Part shown: piece by piece, positions 10,752 through 20,015 of the stretch
Numbering within the stretch: position 1 is the stretch's first letter
Layout: each line of letters opens with the position of its first letter
Assembly: GCF_963558545.1 (NCBI RefSeq)
Contig: NZ_CAUWHO010000008.1
Span: forward strand, 503 to 64,502
Reading direction: 5' to 3'
DNA from: an uncultured Tyzzerella sp.
GTDB taxonomy: Bacteria; Bacillota; Clostridia; Lachnospirales; CAG-274
Length of the DNA stretch: 64,000 nt
Position numbers and translations under genes: made by a program
The notes under the pieces: model-generated
Seen by the model: only the letters and a program-made list of their open reading frames with translations
Databases searched by the model: none
Told to the model about the DNA's origin: nothing

Positions 10752-12983
10752 CTATGTTGTAATCCTTTGTATATCATATACACCTTTTACATTTTTTATT
10801 TTTTTACATACATATTCTAGCTCTGTTTTATCACTTATAGTTATAGTTGCATCTATAATAAACTCTGTTTTAGTAGTTCTTGCATTAATATTTTTAAGAG
10901 ATAGCTTTTCATCTGTAAATACCTTTGTTATATCTACTAAAAGTCCTAGCCTATCTTCACCTGTTATTCTTACTTCTGCTAAAAACTCTTTATTTTTACT
11001 ATTATTCAAGCTCCAGTTTGCCTCAACTAGCCTTTTTCTATCATCTTCTAAAAGATTTATTATATTTATACAATCTGTCCTATGGATAGATACACCTCTA
11101 CCTTTAGTAATAAATCCTACTATTTCATCACCAGGTACAGGGCTACAACATTTAGATACTCTAGCATCTAGTCCAGTTATACCGTGTATCACTATACCAG
11201 AATCATTTTTATATTTTCTTTTATATTGATTATTTGTATTAGCATTTGATATATTTTCTGCTGTTTCTTTTAATATTTCCTCAGCAGTTTTATTTTTATT
11301 TATATCCTTTTTTAAATCTTCTATAAGCCTATTTATTATTTGCCCTTCTTTTAACCCACCGTGTCCAATGGCTGCACATATAGCGTCCCAATCTCTAAAA
11401 CCATATCTTTCTAAAACTCTTTTAATTCTAAAAGGTGTAGCTAATTCACTAAAAATAAAGCCTTTTCTTTTAGACTCTTTTTCTAGCATTTCTTTTCCTC
11501 TTAGTATATTTTCTTCTTTATTTATAGTTTTAAACCATTGGTTTATTTTATTTTTGGCTTCACTACTTTTAACCATTTTTATCCAGTCCATACTAGGTCC
11601 ACGAGAATTTTGGCTTGTTATTATTTCTATCCTATCTCCATTTTGCAAAATATAATCAAATGTTACTATTTTACCATTTACTCTAGCTCCTACCATAGTA
11701 TTACCAACTGCACTGTGTATAGAATAAGCAAAATCTATTGGTATAGAACCATAAGGCAAGCTCTTTACCTCTCCTGTTGGTGTAAAGCAGTACACATTTT
11801 CATTAAAAGAGTCTAAGTCTGTTTTTATAGTATCCATAAACTCTTTATTATCAGACATATCTTTTTGCCATTCTAATATTTGTCTAAGCCAAGTAAGTTT
11901 TTCTTCTTCTGCAGATTCTTTAACATTTTGGTTACCAGATTTATATTTCCAATGAGCTGCTATACCATATTCTGCTATACGGTGCATCTCTAATGTTCTA
12001 ATTTGTATTTCAAAAGGCAATCCCTCTGGGCCTATAAGTGTATTATGTAAAGACTGATACATATTAGACTTAGGCATAGCTATATAATCTTTAAACCTAC
12101 TAGGGATAGGTTTATACATTTCGTGAACAATTCCCAAAACCTCATAACAATCTCTTATACTATTTACTATTACTCTTACTGCAAAAAGGTCAAATATTTG
12201 GTCTAATGTTTTATCCTGATTAAGCATTTTTTTATAAATACTAAAAAAATGTTTAGGTCTTCCATATATTTCACATTTTAGATTATCCTCTTCACATTTT
12301 TGTGATATTTCTTTAACTATTCTCTCTACATATTCTTCTCTGTGGTGTTTTTTACGTTCTATCTTTTCTGCTAAATCATAGTATGCCGTAGGGTCTAAAT
12401 ACCTAAGACATAAATCCTCAAGTTCTATTTTTATTTTAAATATACCAAGCCTTGTAGCTAATGGTGCATATATATCTAATGTTTCTTGAGCTTTCTCTCT
12501 CTGCTTTTCTTTGCTCATAAACTGTAGTGTTCTCATATTGTGCAATCTATCTGCCACTTTTATTAATATTACTCTTATATCTTTTGCCATAGCAAGAAAC
12601 ATTTTTCTATAATTTTCTGCTTGCAATTCTTCTTTAGATGAAGATGAGTAAGTAAATTTATCAAGCTTTGTAACACCACTTACAATGTTTGCTATCTCAT
12701 CACTAAAAAGATTTTTTAAGTCTTCAAAAGAATATTTAGTATCTTCTATTACATCGTGTAAAATACCTGCTACAATAGATTCTAAGTCTAGCTCTAGCTC
12801 TGCTAATATAATAGCAACACAAAGAGGATGTATTATATAAGGCTCTCCAGACTTTCTAAGCTGTTCTCCGTGTGCTTTTTTTGCTAATATATATGCCTTT
12901 TCTATAAGACTAAAATCTGTTACTGGATGGTATTTTTTCACCTTTTCTATTAACTTATTATAAAGTAGTTCACATTCTTCCAT
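10752..12983 (-). CDS. relA: Bifunctional (p)ppGpp synthetase/hydrolase Rel
   Basis: HD domain (HPLCVAIILAE...HDVIEDT), synthetase, TGS and ACT regions. Start moved to the third codon ATG (12981-12983), 6 nt after AGGAGG. Confidence 0.93.
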   Translation of the reverse strand: MEECELLYNKLIEKVKKYHPVTDFSLIEKAYILAKKAHGEQLRKSGEPYIIHPLCVAIILAELELDLESIVAGILHDVIEDTKYSFEDLKNLFSDEIANIVSGVTKLDKFTYSSSSKEELQAENYRKMFLAMAKDIRVILIKVADRLHNMRTLQFMSKEKQREKAQETLDIYAPLATRLGIFKIKIELEDLCLRYLDPTAYYDLAEKIERKKHHREEYVERIVKEISQKCEEDNLKCEIYGRPKHFFSIYKKMLNQDKTLDQIFDLFAVRVIVNSIRDCYEVLGIVHEMYKPIPSRFKDYIAMPKSNMYQSLHNTLIGPEGLPFEIQIRTLEMHRIAEYGIAAHWKYKSGNQNVKESAEEEKLTWLRQILEWQKDMSDNKEFMDTIKTDLDSFNENVYCFTPTGEVKSLPYGSIPIDFAYSIHSAVGNTMVGARVNGKIVTFDYILQNGDRIEIITSQNSRGPSMDWIKMVKSSEAKNKINQWFKTINKEENILRGKEMLEKESKRKGFIFSELATPFRIKRVLERYGFRDWDAICAAIGHGGLKEGQIINRLIEDLKKDINKNKTAEEILKETAENISNANTNNQYKRKYKNDSGIVIHGITGLDARVSKCCSPVPGDEIVGFITKGRGVSIHRTDCINIINLLEDDRKRLVEANWSLNNSKNKEFLAEVRITGEDRLGLLVDITKVFTDEKLSLKNINARTTKTEFIIDATITISDKTELEYVCKKIKNVKGVYDIQRITT

Positions 12984-13082
12984 AAGCATCCTCCTTCCAA
13001 AATTAATTATGTTAATTACTATTATATTAAGTTTTTAATATAATTTCAAGTAAAAACAAATTTTTAGCTATTTTTATTAGTA

Positions 13083-13120
13083 TAAAAACAAAGGGTACTG
13101 TGTTTTTTACAATACCCTTT
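13083..13120 (-). terminator. Intrinsic terminator after 13158-13970
   Basis: Stem aaagggta/tacccttt followed by a T-run on the minus strand. Confidence 0.55.
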
Positions 13121-13157
13121 AATTTCCTTATATAATATCTCTAAAAACTAACTAATT

Positions 13158-13970
13158 TTATAAAAAAAACGACACCTTGTTTAAAGCATATTCCGAATAC
13201 TCATTGTAGCTGTTAATTGTAATAGATTTTTTAAATCTTTTTTGTGCTTTTTTGTATTTTTCTTTATTAAAGCTAACAACACCTAAATTGTAGTATAAAT
13301 TAGACCTAAAATTTCTGTTTAATACCTGTGATAATATATGAAAAAATCCTAAACAAGACACTACGCCACCTAAGGCTATTATAGCATTACTAGTTAAAAA
13401 AATACCTATTAAAAATAATGGTACACCAACTATTGCTAAAAGTGGGTTAAATTTTATCCTTATATAAGAAAGCCTATCTCCTCCTAGTGCCATTTGGTTA
13501 TCTTCCTTTTGAAAACTGTACACTTTAGACCTTGTCCTATTTTTCTTTGACTTTAGCTTTTTTTTAGGTTTAGGCACAACTACATTATCACCTAACACCT
13601 TGTACTCCTCAACAACGCCACCTTTTATTTTAAATAATATATTAACATCTTTTTTTAATGTTTTTAAATTTTCTGCTTTAACATCTTTGCTTATTTGAAG
13701 TATATAATATTCTTCCTCTTTATAAGGCTCCAAAGTTTCTATTACTATTAGTTCTAACGCTTTATTATATATTATATCTGTTTTAAAAATATAACCTTTT
13801 GTATCCGTCACCTTCATAGTTTTTTTAGATACACTTTCTTCTTCAAGTGGCAAGCTAAATTTTATATACCAGTATATTTTTTCTTCTATATTTTCTATTT
13901 CATTTTTAAATTTTTCGTTTATATCTTTTTCAGATGCGTCTAATTTTATTTTCTTATCATTATAAGCCAT
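13158..13970 (-). CDS. Hypothetical membrane protein
   Basis: ORF with a soluble N-terminal part, a basic KPKKKLKSKKNRTRSK linker and two predicted TM helices (LLAIVGVPLFLIGIFL, IIALGGVVSCLGFFHIL). Start set at ATG 13968-13970, 7 nt after GGAGAG. No family recognised. Confidence 0.6.
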   Translation of the reverse strand: MAYNDKKIKLDASEKDINEKFKNEIENIEEKIYWYIKFSLPLEEESVSKKTMKVTDTKGYIFKTDIIYNKALELIVIETLEPYKEEEYYILQISKDVKAENLKTLKKDVNILFKIKGGVVEEYKVLGDNVVVPKPKKKLKSKKNRTRSKVYSFQKEDNQMALGGDRLSYIRIKFNPLLAIVGVPLFLIGIFLTSNAIIALGGVVSCLGFFHILSQVLNRNFRSNLYYNLGVVSFNKEKYKKAQKRFKKSITINSYNEYSEYALNKVSFFL

Positions 13971-14028
13971 CGATACACTCTCCAAAATTAATTTTGTATT
14001 TTGTATATCGTCAATTATTAATTATTTT

Positions 14029-14775
14029 TTAGTTTTCTTCTAAATATTTTTTTAGGCAATCTGTTATTTCCTTATAGTATAATAAAAATTCATTGCTTGT
14101 CCTAAAATTTTCTACATTGTTATTTATATCTAAAGATAGTACTATATTAGCTGGTTTTTTAGATAATATATATATTTTATCAGATAAATATATGGCCTCG
14201 TTTATATCGTGAGTTATAAATACCGTTGTTTTATTCTCATATTTAATCATTTGTTTAAACCATTCATATATACTTTCTTTAGTTATACTATCTAGTGCAG
14301 AAAAAGGCTCATCAAATAGCATTAAATCGCTTTCTTTTAAATATGCTCGTATAAAAGATACCCTTTGTTTCATACCACCTGATAGCTCATTAGGATATTT
14401 ATTAATATGTTGTGATAACCCAAATTTTTCTAATATAGGTATAGCCTTTTCGTAAGCTAATTTCTTATTTATTCCCTTTATTTTAAAAGATAAACAAACA
14501 TTGTCTAAAACATTAAGGTATGGTAGTAACAAATGTTTTTGTGTCATATAGCTTATATTTTTCTTTTTATTTGTAATATCTTCTCCTTGTAAAAATATCT
14601 TTCCTGTATCTGCTTTTTCAAAACCTGCTAGTATATTAAAAAGGGTTGTTTTACCAACCCCACTTTTACCAAGAAAAGATACTATTTTACCTTTTTTAAA
14701 AGAAAAATTTATATCGTCTATTATTCCTATATTGTCATAAGATTTACTTATATTTTCTAATCTTATATAGTCCAT
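14029..14775 (-). CDS. thiZ: ABC transporter ATPase (NitT/TauT family; ThiZ-like)
   Basis: 248 aa. Walker A GKSGVGKTT, signature LSGGMKQRV, Walker B LMLFDEP. Last gene of the TPP-riboswitch operon. Confidence 0.75.
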   Translation of the reverse strand: MDYIRLENISKSYDNIGIIDDINFSFKKGKIVSFLGKSGVGKTTLFNILAGFEKADTGKIFLQGEDITNKKKNISYMTQKHLLLPYLNVLDNVCLSFKIKGINKKLAYEKAIPILEKFGLSQHINKYPNELSGGMKQRVSFIRAYLKESDLMLFDEPFSALDSITKESIYEWFKQMIKYENKTTVFITHDINEAIYLSDKIYILSKKPANIVLSLDINNNVENFRTSNEFLLYYKEITDCLKKYLEEN

Positions 14776-14796
14776 TTTTTCTCCTTTAATTTAATC

Positions 14797-15831
14797 TTAT
14801 TCTGGTAAATAGTCATTTGTAAAGCCTTTATCTTTTAAATCTTTTTTTACTATGCCCTTTTTATATAACCAGTCATAAAATCTATTCCATCTATCAGAGT
14901 CTATATATCCCCATCTTTCTACCTCACTTTTATATTCATTAGCAAGGTACTTTTGGCTTTCTATTAGCATATCAAGTTCATACTCTGGTGCAAATTTATG
15001 TAATATTTCTGCACTTTCTTCTGGATTTTCTATTGCATATTCATATCCTTTTTTAGTAGCTTTTAAAAATCTTTTAGCTGTATCTTCATTTTCTTTTAAA
15101 TATTTTTCACTAGATACTATAACAGGCGTATAAAAATCTAAATTAGGGTCTACATCTTTAAATTTTATAAAGTTGTAATCTATCCCTTTAACCTTTGCCA
15201 TCATAGTATCCCAAGCTTCAAATACCCATACAGCATCTACATTTGTTTGTATAGCAGATACAGCATCTGTTATAGAACTATGGTAAAGTTCCACTTTATT
15301 AAAATCTCCGCCCTCATTCTCCATAACTTGTTTTATAGTAGCTTGTTCTAGCTCACTATCCCAAGTAGCATATACTTTTCCTTCTAAGTTTTTAAAATTA
15401 TCTATATTTTTCTCTTTTAAAGATAAAATACCAGATGTATTATGTTGTATAATAGATGCAACTGCCATTATAGGAAAATTATCATTTTCATTTATAGCAG
15501 TACCCATAGTGTCTTGAAAAGAAACCCCAAAGTCAGCTTTACCAGCAGCTACTAAAGCTGTTGTAGATTCTTCTGGTGGATTTAATACTTCTAAGTCTAT
15601 CCCTTCTTCACTATAAAATCCTTTTTCTAAAGCCACATATATACCTGTGTGATTAGTATTAGGTGTCCAGTCTAATAAAAAACTAACTTTGTCATTCTCC
15701 TTTTCTTCTGTATTTTCAGATTGTTCACTATTTTTAACTTCTTCTGTACTAACTTGTTGGTTTTTTGTACCACAACCTACAAATAAACTACATATTAAAA
15801 ATATACATAAAATTTTACTAAATATCTTCAT
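14797..15831 (-). CDS. thiY: NMT1/THI5-like substrate-binding lipoprotein (ThiY-like pyrimidine precursor binding)
   Basis: 344 aa. Lipobox LFVGC, then LDWTPNTNHTGIYVALEKGFY typical of NMT1/THI5-like binding proteins. Confidence 0.75.
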   Translation of the reverse strand: MKIFSKILCIFLICSLFVGCGTKNQQVSTEEVKNSEQSENTEEKENDKVSFLLDWTPNTNHTGIYVALEKGFYSEEGIDLEVLNPPEESTTALVAAGKADFGVSFQDTMGTAINENDNFPIMAVASIIQHNTSGILSLKEKNIDNFKNLEGKVYATWDSELEQATIKQVMENEGGDFNKVELYHSSITDAVSAIQTNVDAVWVFEAWDTMMAKVKGIDYNFIKFKDVDPNLDFYTPVIVSSEKYLKENEDTAKRFLKATKKGYEYAIENPEESAEILHKFAPEYELDMLIESQKYLANEYKSEVERWGYIDSDRWNRFYDWLYKKGIVKKDLKDKGFTNDYLPE

Positions 15832-15839
15832 TTTTTAAC

Positions 15840-16595
15840 CTATTCTTTCCAATATATTATTTTCTTTTCCAAAATTCTTATAACCCATACTAGTAACAAA
15901 CTAAGTAAACTAATTATTATAATACTTGCAAACATTTTATCAAAAGCATAGCTTTTTTTTACCCTTGTCATATAAACTCCTATACCCTTTTCTCCTCCTA
16001 GCCATTCAGATACAACAGCACCAACTATTGCATAAGTTGCAGCTATTTTTAACCCAGAAAAAAAGCTTTGCATAGCTAATGGTATCTTTACAATAAACAA
16101 AGTTTTTATGTAACTACTATCCATAGACTTCATTAACTTTAGCATATCTTCATCTACATCTTTAAACCCTGTTAGTATACTTATAGTCATAGGGAAAAAA
16201 CAAGTAGAAAATATAAGTAATATTTTAGGCATAATACCAAATCCAAACCAAAGTACAATAATAGGTGCTATTGCTACTGTTGGTACTGTTTGGCTAATTA
16301 CTAAAATAGGATATATAGCCCTATCAAAAATTTTATATTTATCCATAATAATAGCTAGTATAAAACTAAATATTATACTTATAGAAAGCCCTATTGCAGC
16401 CTCTAAAAGAGTAATCCATATATGGCTAAATATTAATTTAAAATCTTTTATAAAAGCTAACACTACCTCTACTGGACTAGGTAGCATAAACTTAGGAACA
16501 AGCTCTGTATAACTTATTACTTGCCATAGTATAATTATTAGTAAGACTGTTAGTGCACTTATATTTTTATTTATTATGTTTTGAAATTTTTTCAT
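15840..16595 (-). CDS. thiX: ABC transporter permease (ThiX-like)
   Basis: 251 aa, multi-TM, BPD-transporter type. Overlaps the upstream gene by 29 nt. Confidence 0.75.
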   Translation of the reverse strand: MKKFQNIINKNISALTVLLIIILWQVISYTELVPKFMLPSPVEVVLAFIKDFKLIFSHIWITLLEAAIGLSISIIFSFILAIIMDKYKIFDRAIYPILVISQTVPTVAIAPIIVLWFGFGIMPKILLIFSTCFFPMTISILTGFKDVDEDMLKLMKSMDSSYIKTLFIVKIPLAMQSFFSGLKIAATYAIVGAVVSEWLGGEKGIGVYMTRVKKSYAFDKMFASIIIISLLSLLLVWVIRILEKKIIYWKE

Positions 16596-16872
16596 CTATG
16601 CTCATTACTCCTGAAGGACTATATGATATTTTTATATATGTTAATATATCTTTAGCACCCTCTTTTTCAGCTGTTAATATACTTTCTTTTAATATATCTA
16701 ATATTTCATTTAACTGGCCTTCTACAACTGTTTCAAAAGGACCTACAACCATATTAAGACCTTTACTCTTTATATGTTCTATTACCTTGTCAATAACCCT
16801 TATGTTTTCATCTTTTTCTGGTAATCTTGGTAATAATTGTATTGCCATACTTGCCTCATATTTTTTATTCAT
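16567..16872 (-). CDS. MTH1187/YkoF-family small thiamine-binding protein
   Basis: 101 aa. The pattern ...VIDKVIEHIKSKGLNMVVGPFETVVEGQLNEILDILKE... matches DUF77/MTH1187. AAGGAG Shine-Dalgarno. First gene after the TPP riboswitch. Confidence 0.7.
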   Translation of the reverse strand: MNKKYEASMAIQLLPRLPEKDENIRVIDKVIEHIKSKGLNMVVGPFETVVEGQLNEILDILKESILTAEKEGAKDILTYIKISYSPSGVMSIDEKISKHNK

Positions 16873-16923
16873 TTTTATTCTCCTTTGTGTAATTTATTTT
16901 AGTTAATACTTTAGGAAAAATAA

Positions 16924-16964
16924 TTTTTTATATACTTTGTATTTAAAGATATAAATAATATCTT
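16924..16964 (+). repeat. Recurrent intergenic motif, copy R1
   Basis: ttttttatatactttgtatttaaagatataaataatatctt. Aligns with 27629-27674, 36972-37019 and, more weakly, 43399-43441. Confidence 0.6.
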
Positions 16965-16971
16965 AATTGTA

Positions 16972-17118
16972 ATAAAAAAGTGCAATGGAAAAATACCACT
17001 GCACATAAAATACAATTATATTCTTCCTACGCTGGCATTATCCAGTTCAGGTATAAAGGTTAGATGTATCTATTAACACCCTCTCAGCCAAGAAAACTTA
17101 GCACCCTTGAATAGTATT
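16972..17118 (-). promoter_or_regulatory. TPP (THI-box) riboswitch with terminator expression platform
   Basis: Minus strand reads AAGGGUGCUAAG...GGCUGAGAGGGUG...ACCUUUAUACCUGAACUGGAUAAUGCCAGCGUAGGAAGAAUA (aptamer about 17020-17114). It is followed by hairpin gtgcagtgg..ccattgcac plus a U-run (16972-17005). Confidence 0.9.
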
Positions 17119-17131
17119 AACTTAATTTTAA

Positions 17132-17160
17132 GTATAAACAAATTATTTTATATTGTCAAG
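17132..17160 (-). promoter_or_regulatory. Sigma-A promoter of the thi operon
   Basis: Minus strand TTGACA-N17-TATACT, just upstream of the riboswitch. Confidence 0.6.
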
Positions 17161-17265
17161 TATTAATAGTTTATTTATTTTAAGTATATTAACCAAATTA
17201 TAGCTGAGCTTAGCATACAATGTAAGTATATATGCTATAAATTACAGCTATACAGTATAACATAC

Positions 17266-17311
17266 ATAAAAAAGACAAAGCTATAAATATTGTAATAACT
17301 TTGTCTTTTTA
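17266..17311 (-). terminator. rpsO intrinsic terminator
   Basis: Stem aaaagacaaag/ctttgtctttt with a U-run on the minus strand. Confidence 0.7.
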
Positions 17312-17324
17312 TATTAAATATAAA

Positions 17325-17585
17325 TTATTTTCTTAAGCCTAATTCTGCAATAAGCTCACGATATTTAACTATATCTTTATTCTTGATGTAGTTTAAAAGA
17401 CCTTTTCTTTGACCAACCATTTTTAAAAGTCCACGTCTAGAATGGTGGTCTTTTTTATGAGTTCTTAAGTGGTCTGTTAAGTGGTTAATTCTAGCAGTTA
17501 ATAAAGCTACTTGAACTTCTGGAGAGCCAGTATCTTCTGCATTTCTACCAAATTTTGCAACTATTTCTTGTTTGTTAAATTCCAT
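17325..17585 (-). CDS. rpsO: 30S ribosomal protein S15
   Basis: 86 aa. [50 protein letters not shown]. Confidence 0.95.
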   Translation of the reverse strand: MEFNKQEIVAKFGRNAEDTGSPEVQVALLTARINHLTDHLRTHKKDHHSRRGLLKMVGQRKGLLNYIKNKDIVKYRELIAELGLRK

Positions 17586-17669
17586 TTTAAAATTCCTCCA
17601 TAAAATAAGTAAACTCCTAATGCTAAGAAAAAGGTTGGAGTATCCATTTTCTGAACATAGGCTACATAA

Positions 17670-17698
17670 ATACTACCACAAAAACATATTATTTGCAA
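17670..17698 (-). promoter_or_regulatory. Probable rpsO promoter
   Basis: Minus strand TTGCAA-N17-TAGTAT with TG at -15/-14. An 80-nt leader follows. Confidence 0.5.
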
Positions 17699-17712
17699 GT
17701 ATTTTATTGTAA

Positions 17713-17856
17713 TTATTTTGTTTTAATAATATATGTATAATATTTATTAATCAAATCATCTAGTTTAGTACTTGTTTTTAGTATTCTTTCCTTTTTGTCA
17801 TCATTCTTTATTTGATTATTTAACTTTTTTCTAATAAATTCAATTTTTTCTAACAT
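17713..17856 (-). CDS. Spo0E-family aspartyl-phosphate phosphatase-like small protein (47 aa)
   Basis: Own translation: MLEKIEFIRKKLNNQIKNDDKKERILKTSTKLDDLINKYYTYIIKTK. It has the IE..R..L helix and the S..LD.LIN.Y motif of Spo0E-like proteins. It starts 8 nt after the lgt stop and is below the ORF-track size cut-off. Confidence 0.6.
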   Translation of the reverse strand: MLEKIEFIRKKLNNQIKNDDKKERILKTSTKLDDLINKYYTYIIKTK

Positions 17857-17863
17857 ATCACTT

Positions 17864-18757
17864 CTATTTTATTTCATTCCCTTCTAATAGTATATCCATA
17901 TCACTTCTATCTTTATATTTTTTAGTTTGTATTATAAGATATATTGTAAATGATACTACAAGTATAATAGATAAAACTTGTGAAACTCTTATATTAGTAG
18001 CTGCTATCATAAGAGAATCTGTTCTCATACCTTCTATCCAAAATCTGCCTAAACCATATCCTATAAAATATAGGGCCATTAATTGCCCATTAAACTTTTT
18101 ATGTTTTCTAAAAATAAACAATACTATTAATACGCCTATATTCCACAAAGATTCATATAAAAATGTTGGGTGTACTTGTATATATTCTACACCATTTATA
18201 TTTACCACTTTATCAAGTACATCTTTAGGTATGTTAGATGCTTGGTCTTTTATATACCTCATAGCAAATAAAGAGTCTGTATACCCTCCAAAAGCCTCCC
18301 TATTTACAAAATTTCCCCATCTTCCTATTATCTGGCCTATTAAAATTCCAAAAGAAAATGTATCTGCAACCTTAAAAAAGTCTTTTTTTCTTATTTTACA
18401 TATTATTAATCCTGATAAAACTGCACCTATTATAGCTCCATATATAGCTATACCACCATTTCTTATAGAAAATATTTCATTAATGTGATTTTTGTAATAA
18501 TCCCAAGAAAATATTACATAATAAAGCCTTGCAAATAATATACTAATAATTGAAGATATCATAACTGTATCAATATAAAAGTCTGTTTCTTGTCCTGTTC
18601 TTTTAGCTTCTTTTAAAGTTACTATAAGCCCAAAAAGCATACCAAAGCCTATAATAACTCCATACCAGTAAACATCTATGCCAAATACATTAAAAGCTAC
18701 CCTATCTAAGTGATTTATTTTTATACCTAAATTTACAAACCATATTTCTGGTTCCAC
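17864..18757 (-). CDS. lgt: Prolipoprotein diacylglyceryl transferase
   Basis: 297 aa, polytopic. GRWGNFVNREAFG and HPTFLYESLWN are Lgt signatures. Confidence 0.92.
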   Translation of the reverse strand: MEPEIWFVNLGIKINHLDRVAFNVFGIDVYWYGVIIGFGMLFGLIVTLKEAKRTGQETDFYIDTVMISSIISILFARLYYVIFSWDYYKNHINEIFSIRNGGIAIYGAIIGAVLSGLIICKIRKKDFFKVADTFSFGILIGQIIGRWGNFVNREAFGGYTDSLFAMRYIKDQASNIPKDVLDKVVNINGVEYIQVHPTFLYESLWNIGVLIVLFIFRKHKKFNGQLMALYFIGYGLGRFWIEGMRTDSLMIAATNIRVSQVLSIILVVSFTIYLIIQTKKYKDRSDMDILLEGNEIK

Positions 18758-18779
18758 TATAATCCCCCCTAATTTTATT

Positions 18780-20015
18780 TTAGTTTATAATACTTAAATA
18801 TGCATCATTATCAAAATAATTTAAAGATTTTTGTATATCTTCTAGCTTTATATTTTTTAAAGACTTATAATAATCTTTTATAAAAAAACCATTAGAAAAA
18901 TAATCTGCCTCCATAGAAACTATGTTGTCTATAACATTAAATTTTCTTATAAAATTACCTATATGCTTATTTTTTATCCTTTCAAAATCTTCATTTGAAA
19001 TATTTTTATTTTTAAACTTTTCTATCTCTTCTTTTATATATTTTATAATTTCTTTAGGCTCTTTACATATACCAGAAAATATATATGATGCTTTTTCATT
19101 AAAATTATTAAAATCAAACCCAAAAGTATCATCTATAATACCCTTTGTGTATAATTTTTCATAAAATAATGAACTTTTACCAAAAATAATATCTAAAAGC
19201 ATTTTATTAAATATCATTTTATCAAATATTGTAACATCTTTTTGTAAATTTTTAAAGCCTATATTAAAAATTTTTTGATTTATACACATTTTTCTTTCTA
19301 CATATTTTGATTTATTTGTATTGTTTTCTTCATATTTTTGTATTAATCCTGTTTTTTTATCATTTATATTCAAATTTTTTAAAATACTATCTTCTATTTT
19401 TGTTTTATCATCTATATCACCACAACAAATAATTACACAATTATCTTTAGTATAAAAATTGTTATAGCAACTATATAACATATCTTCATTGATACGCTTT
19501 ATATCATCTACACTTCCTGCTATATCATTAGATATAGGGTTATTTTTACCATACATTATACACATAAGGTTAAAAAATACCCTCCAATAAGGGTCATCAT
19601 CATACATCTTTATTTCTTGCTCTATTATTGGCTTTTCTTTATCCACATTTTCTCTTGTAAAATATGGATTACTAACAAGTTTTAACAATTCATCAAAGTT
19701 TTCATAAAAATAATCAACACAATTAAAGTAATATGCTGTTGATAAAAAATTGGTATAAGCATTTACACTTCCACCAAGTTTATTAAATACATCAAAAATA
19801 TTATAGTTGTTTTTTTCAAACATTTTATGCTCTAAAAAATGTGCTATCCCTGGTGGTAAACAAATTTTTTCTTTATCTATTATTATATTATTATGGATAG
19901 AGCCATATTTAAAACAAACCATAGCCTGTTTTTGTTCAAAATTTTTCTTAGGTATAAATACTAATGTTGTCCCATTTATATTGTCATATATAATATTATC
20001 TATCAATTTCATCAC
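18780..20015 (-). CDS. M16B insulinase-family zinc peptidase (catalytic, HxxEH)
   Basis: 411 aa with GIAHFLEHKMFEK (inverted zincin HFLEH). Confidence 0.85.
   Translation of the reverse strand: MMKLIDNIIYDNINGTTLVFIPKKNFEQKQAMVCFKYGSIHNNIIIDKEKICLPPGIAHFLEHKMFEKNNYNIFDVFNKLGGSVNAYTNFLSTAYYFNCVDYFYENFDELLKLVSNPYFTRENVDKEKPIIEQEIKMYDDDPYWRVFFNLMCIMYGKNNPISNDIAGSVDDIKRINEDMLYSCYNNFYTKDNCVIICCGDIDDKTKIEDSILKNLNINDKKTGLIQKYEENNTNKSKYVERKMCINQKIFNIGFKNLQKDVTIFDKMIFNKMLLDIIFGKSSLFYEKLYTKGIIDDTFGFDFNNFNEKASYIFSGICKEPKEIIKYIKEEIEKFKNKNISNEDFERIKNKHIGNFIRKFNVIDNIVSMEADYFSNGFFIKDYYKSLKNIKLEDIQKSLNYFDNDAYLSIIN

Noticed and set aside
10636-11229. 197-aa plus-strand ORF antisense to dtd/relA. Similar long antisense ORFs occur at 44843-45673, 51358-51849, 4316-4726, 24489-24871 and elsewhere.
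   Set aside because: All lie fully inside genes with unambiguous family signatures on the other strand. They have no Shine-Dalgarno and encode Leu/Ile/Ser/Phe-rich low-complexity strings, which is typical of the mirror frame of AT-rich coding DNA.
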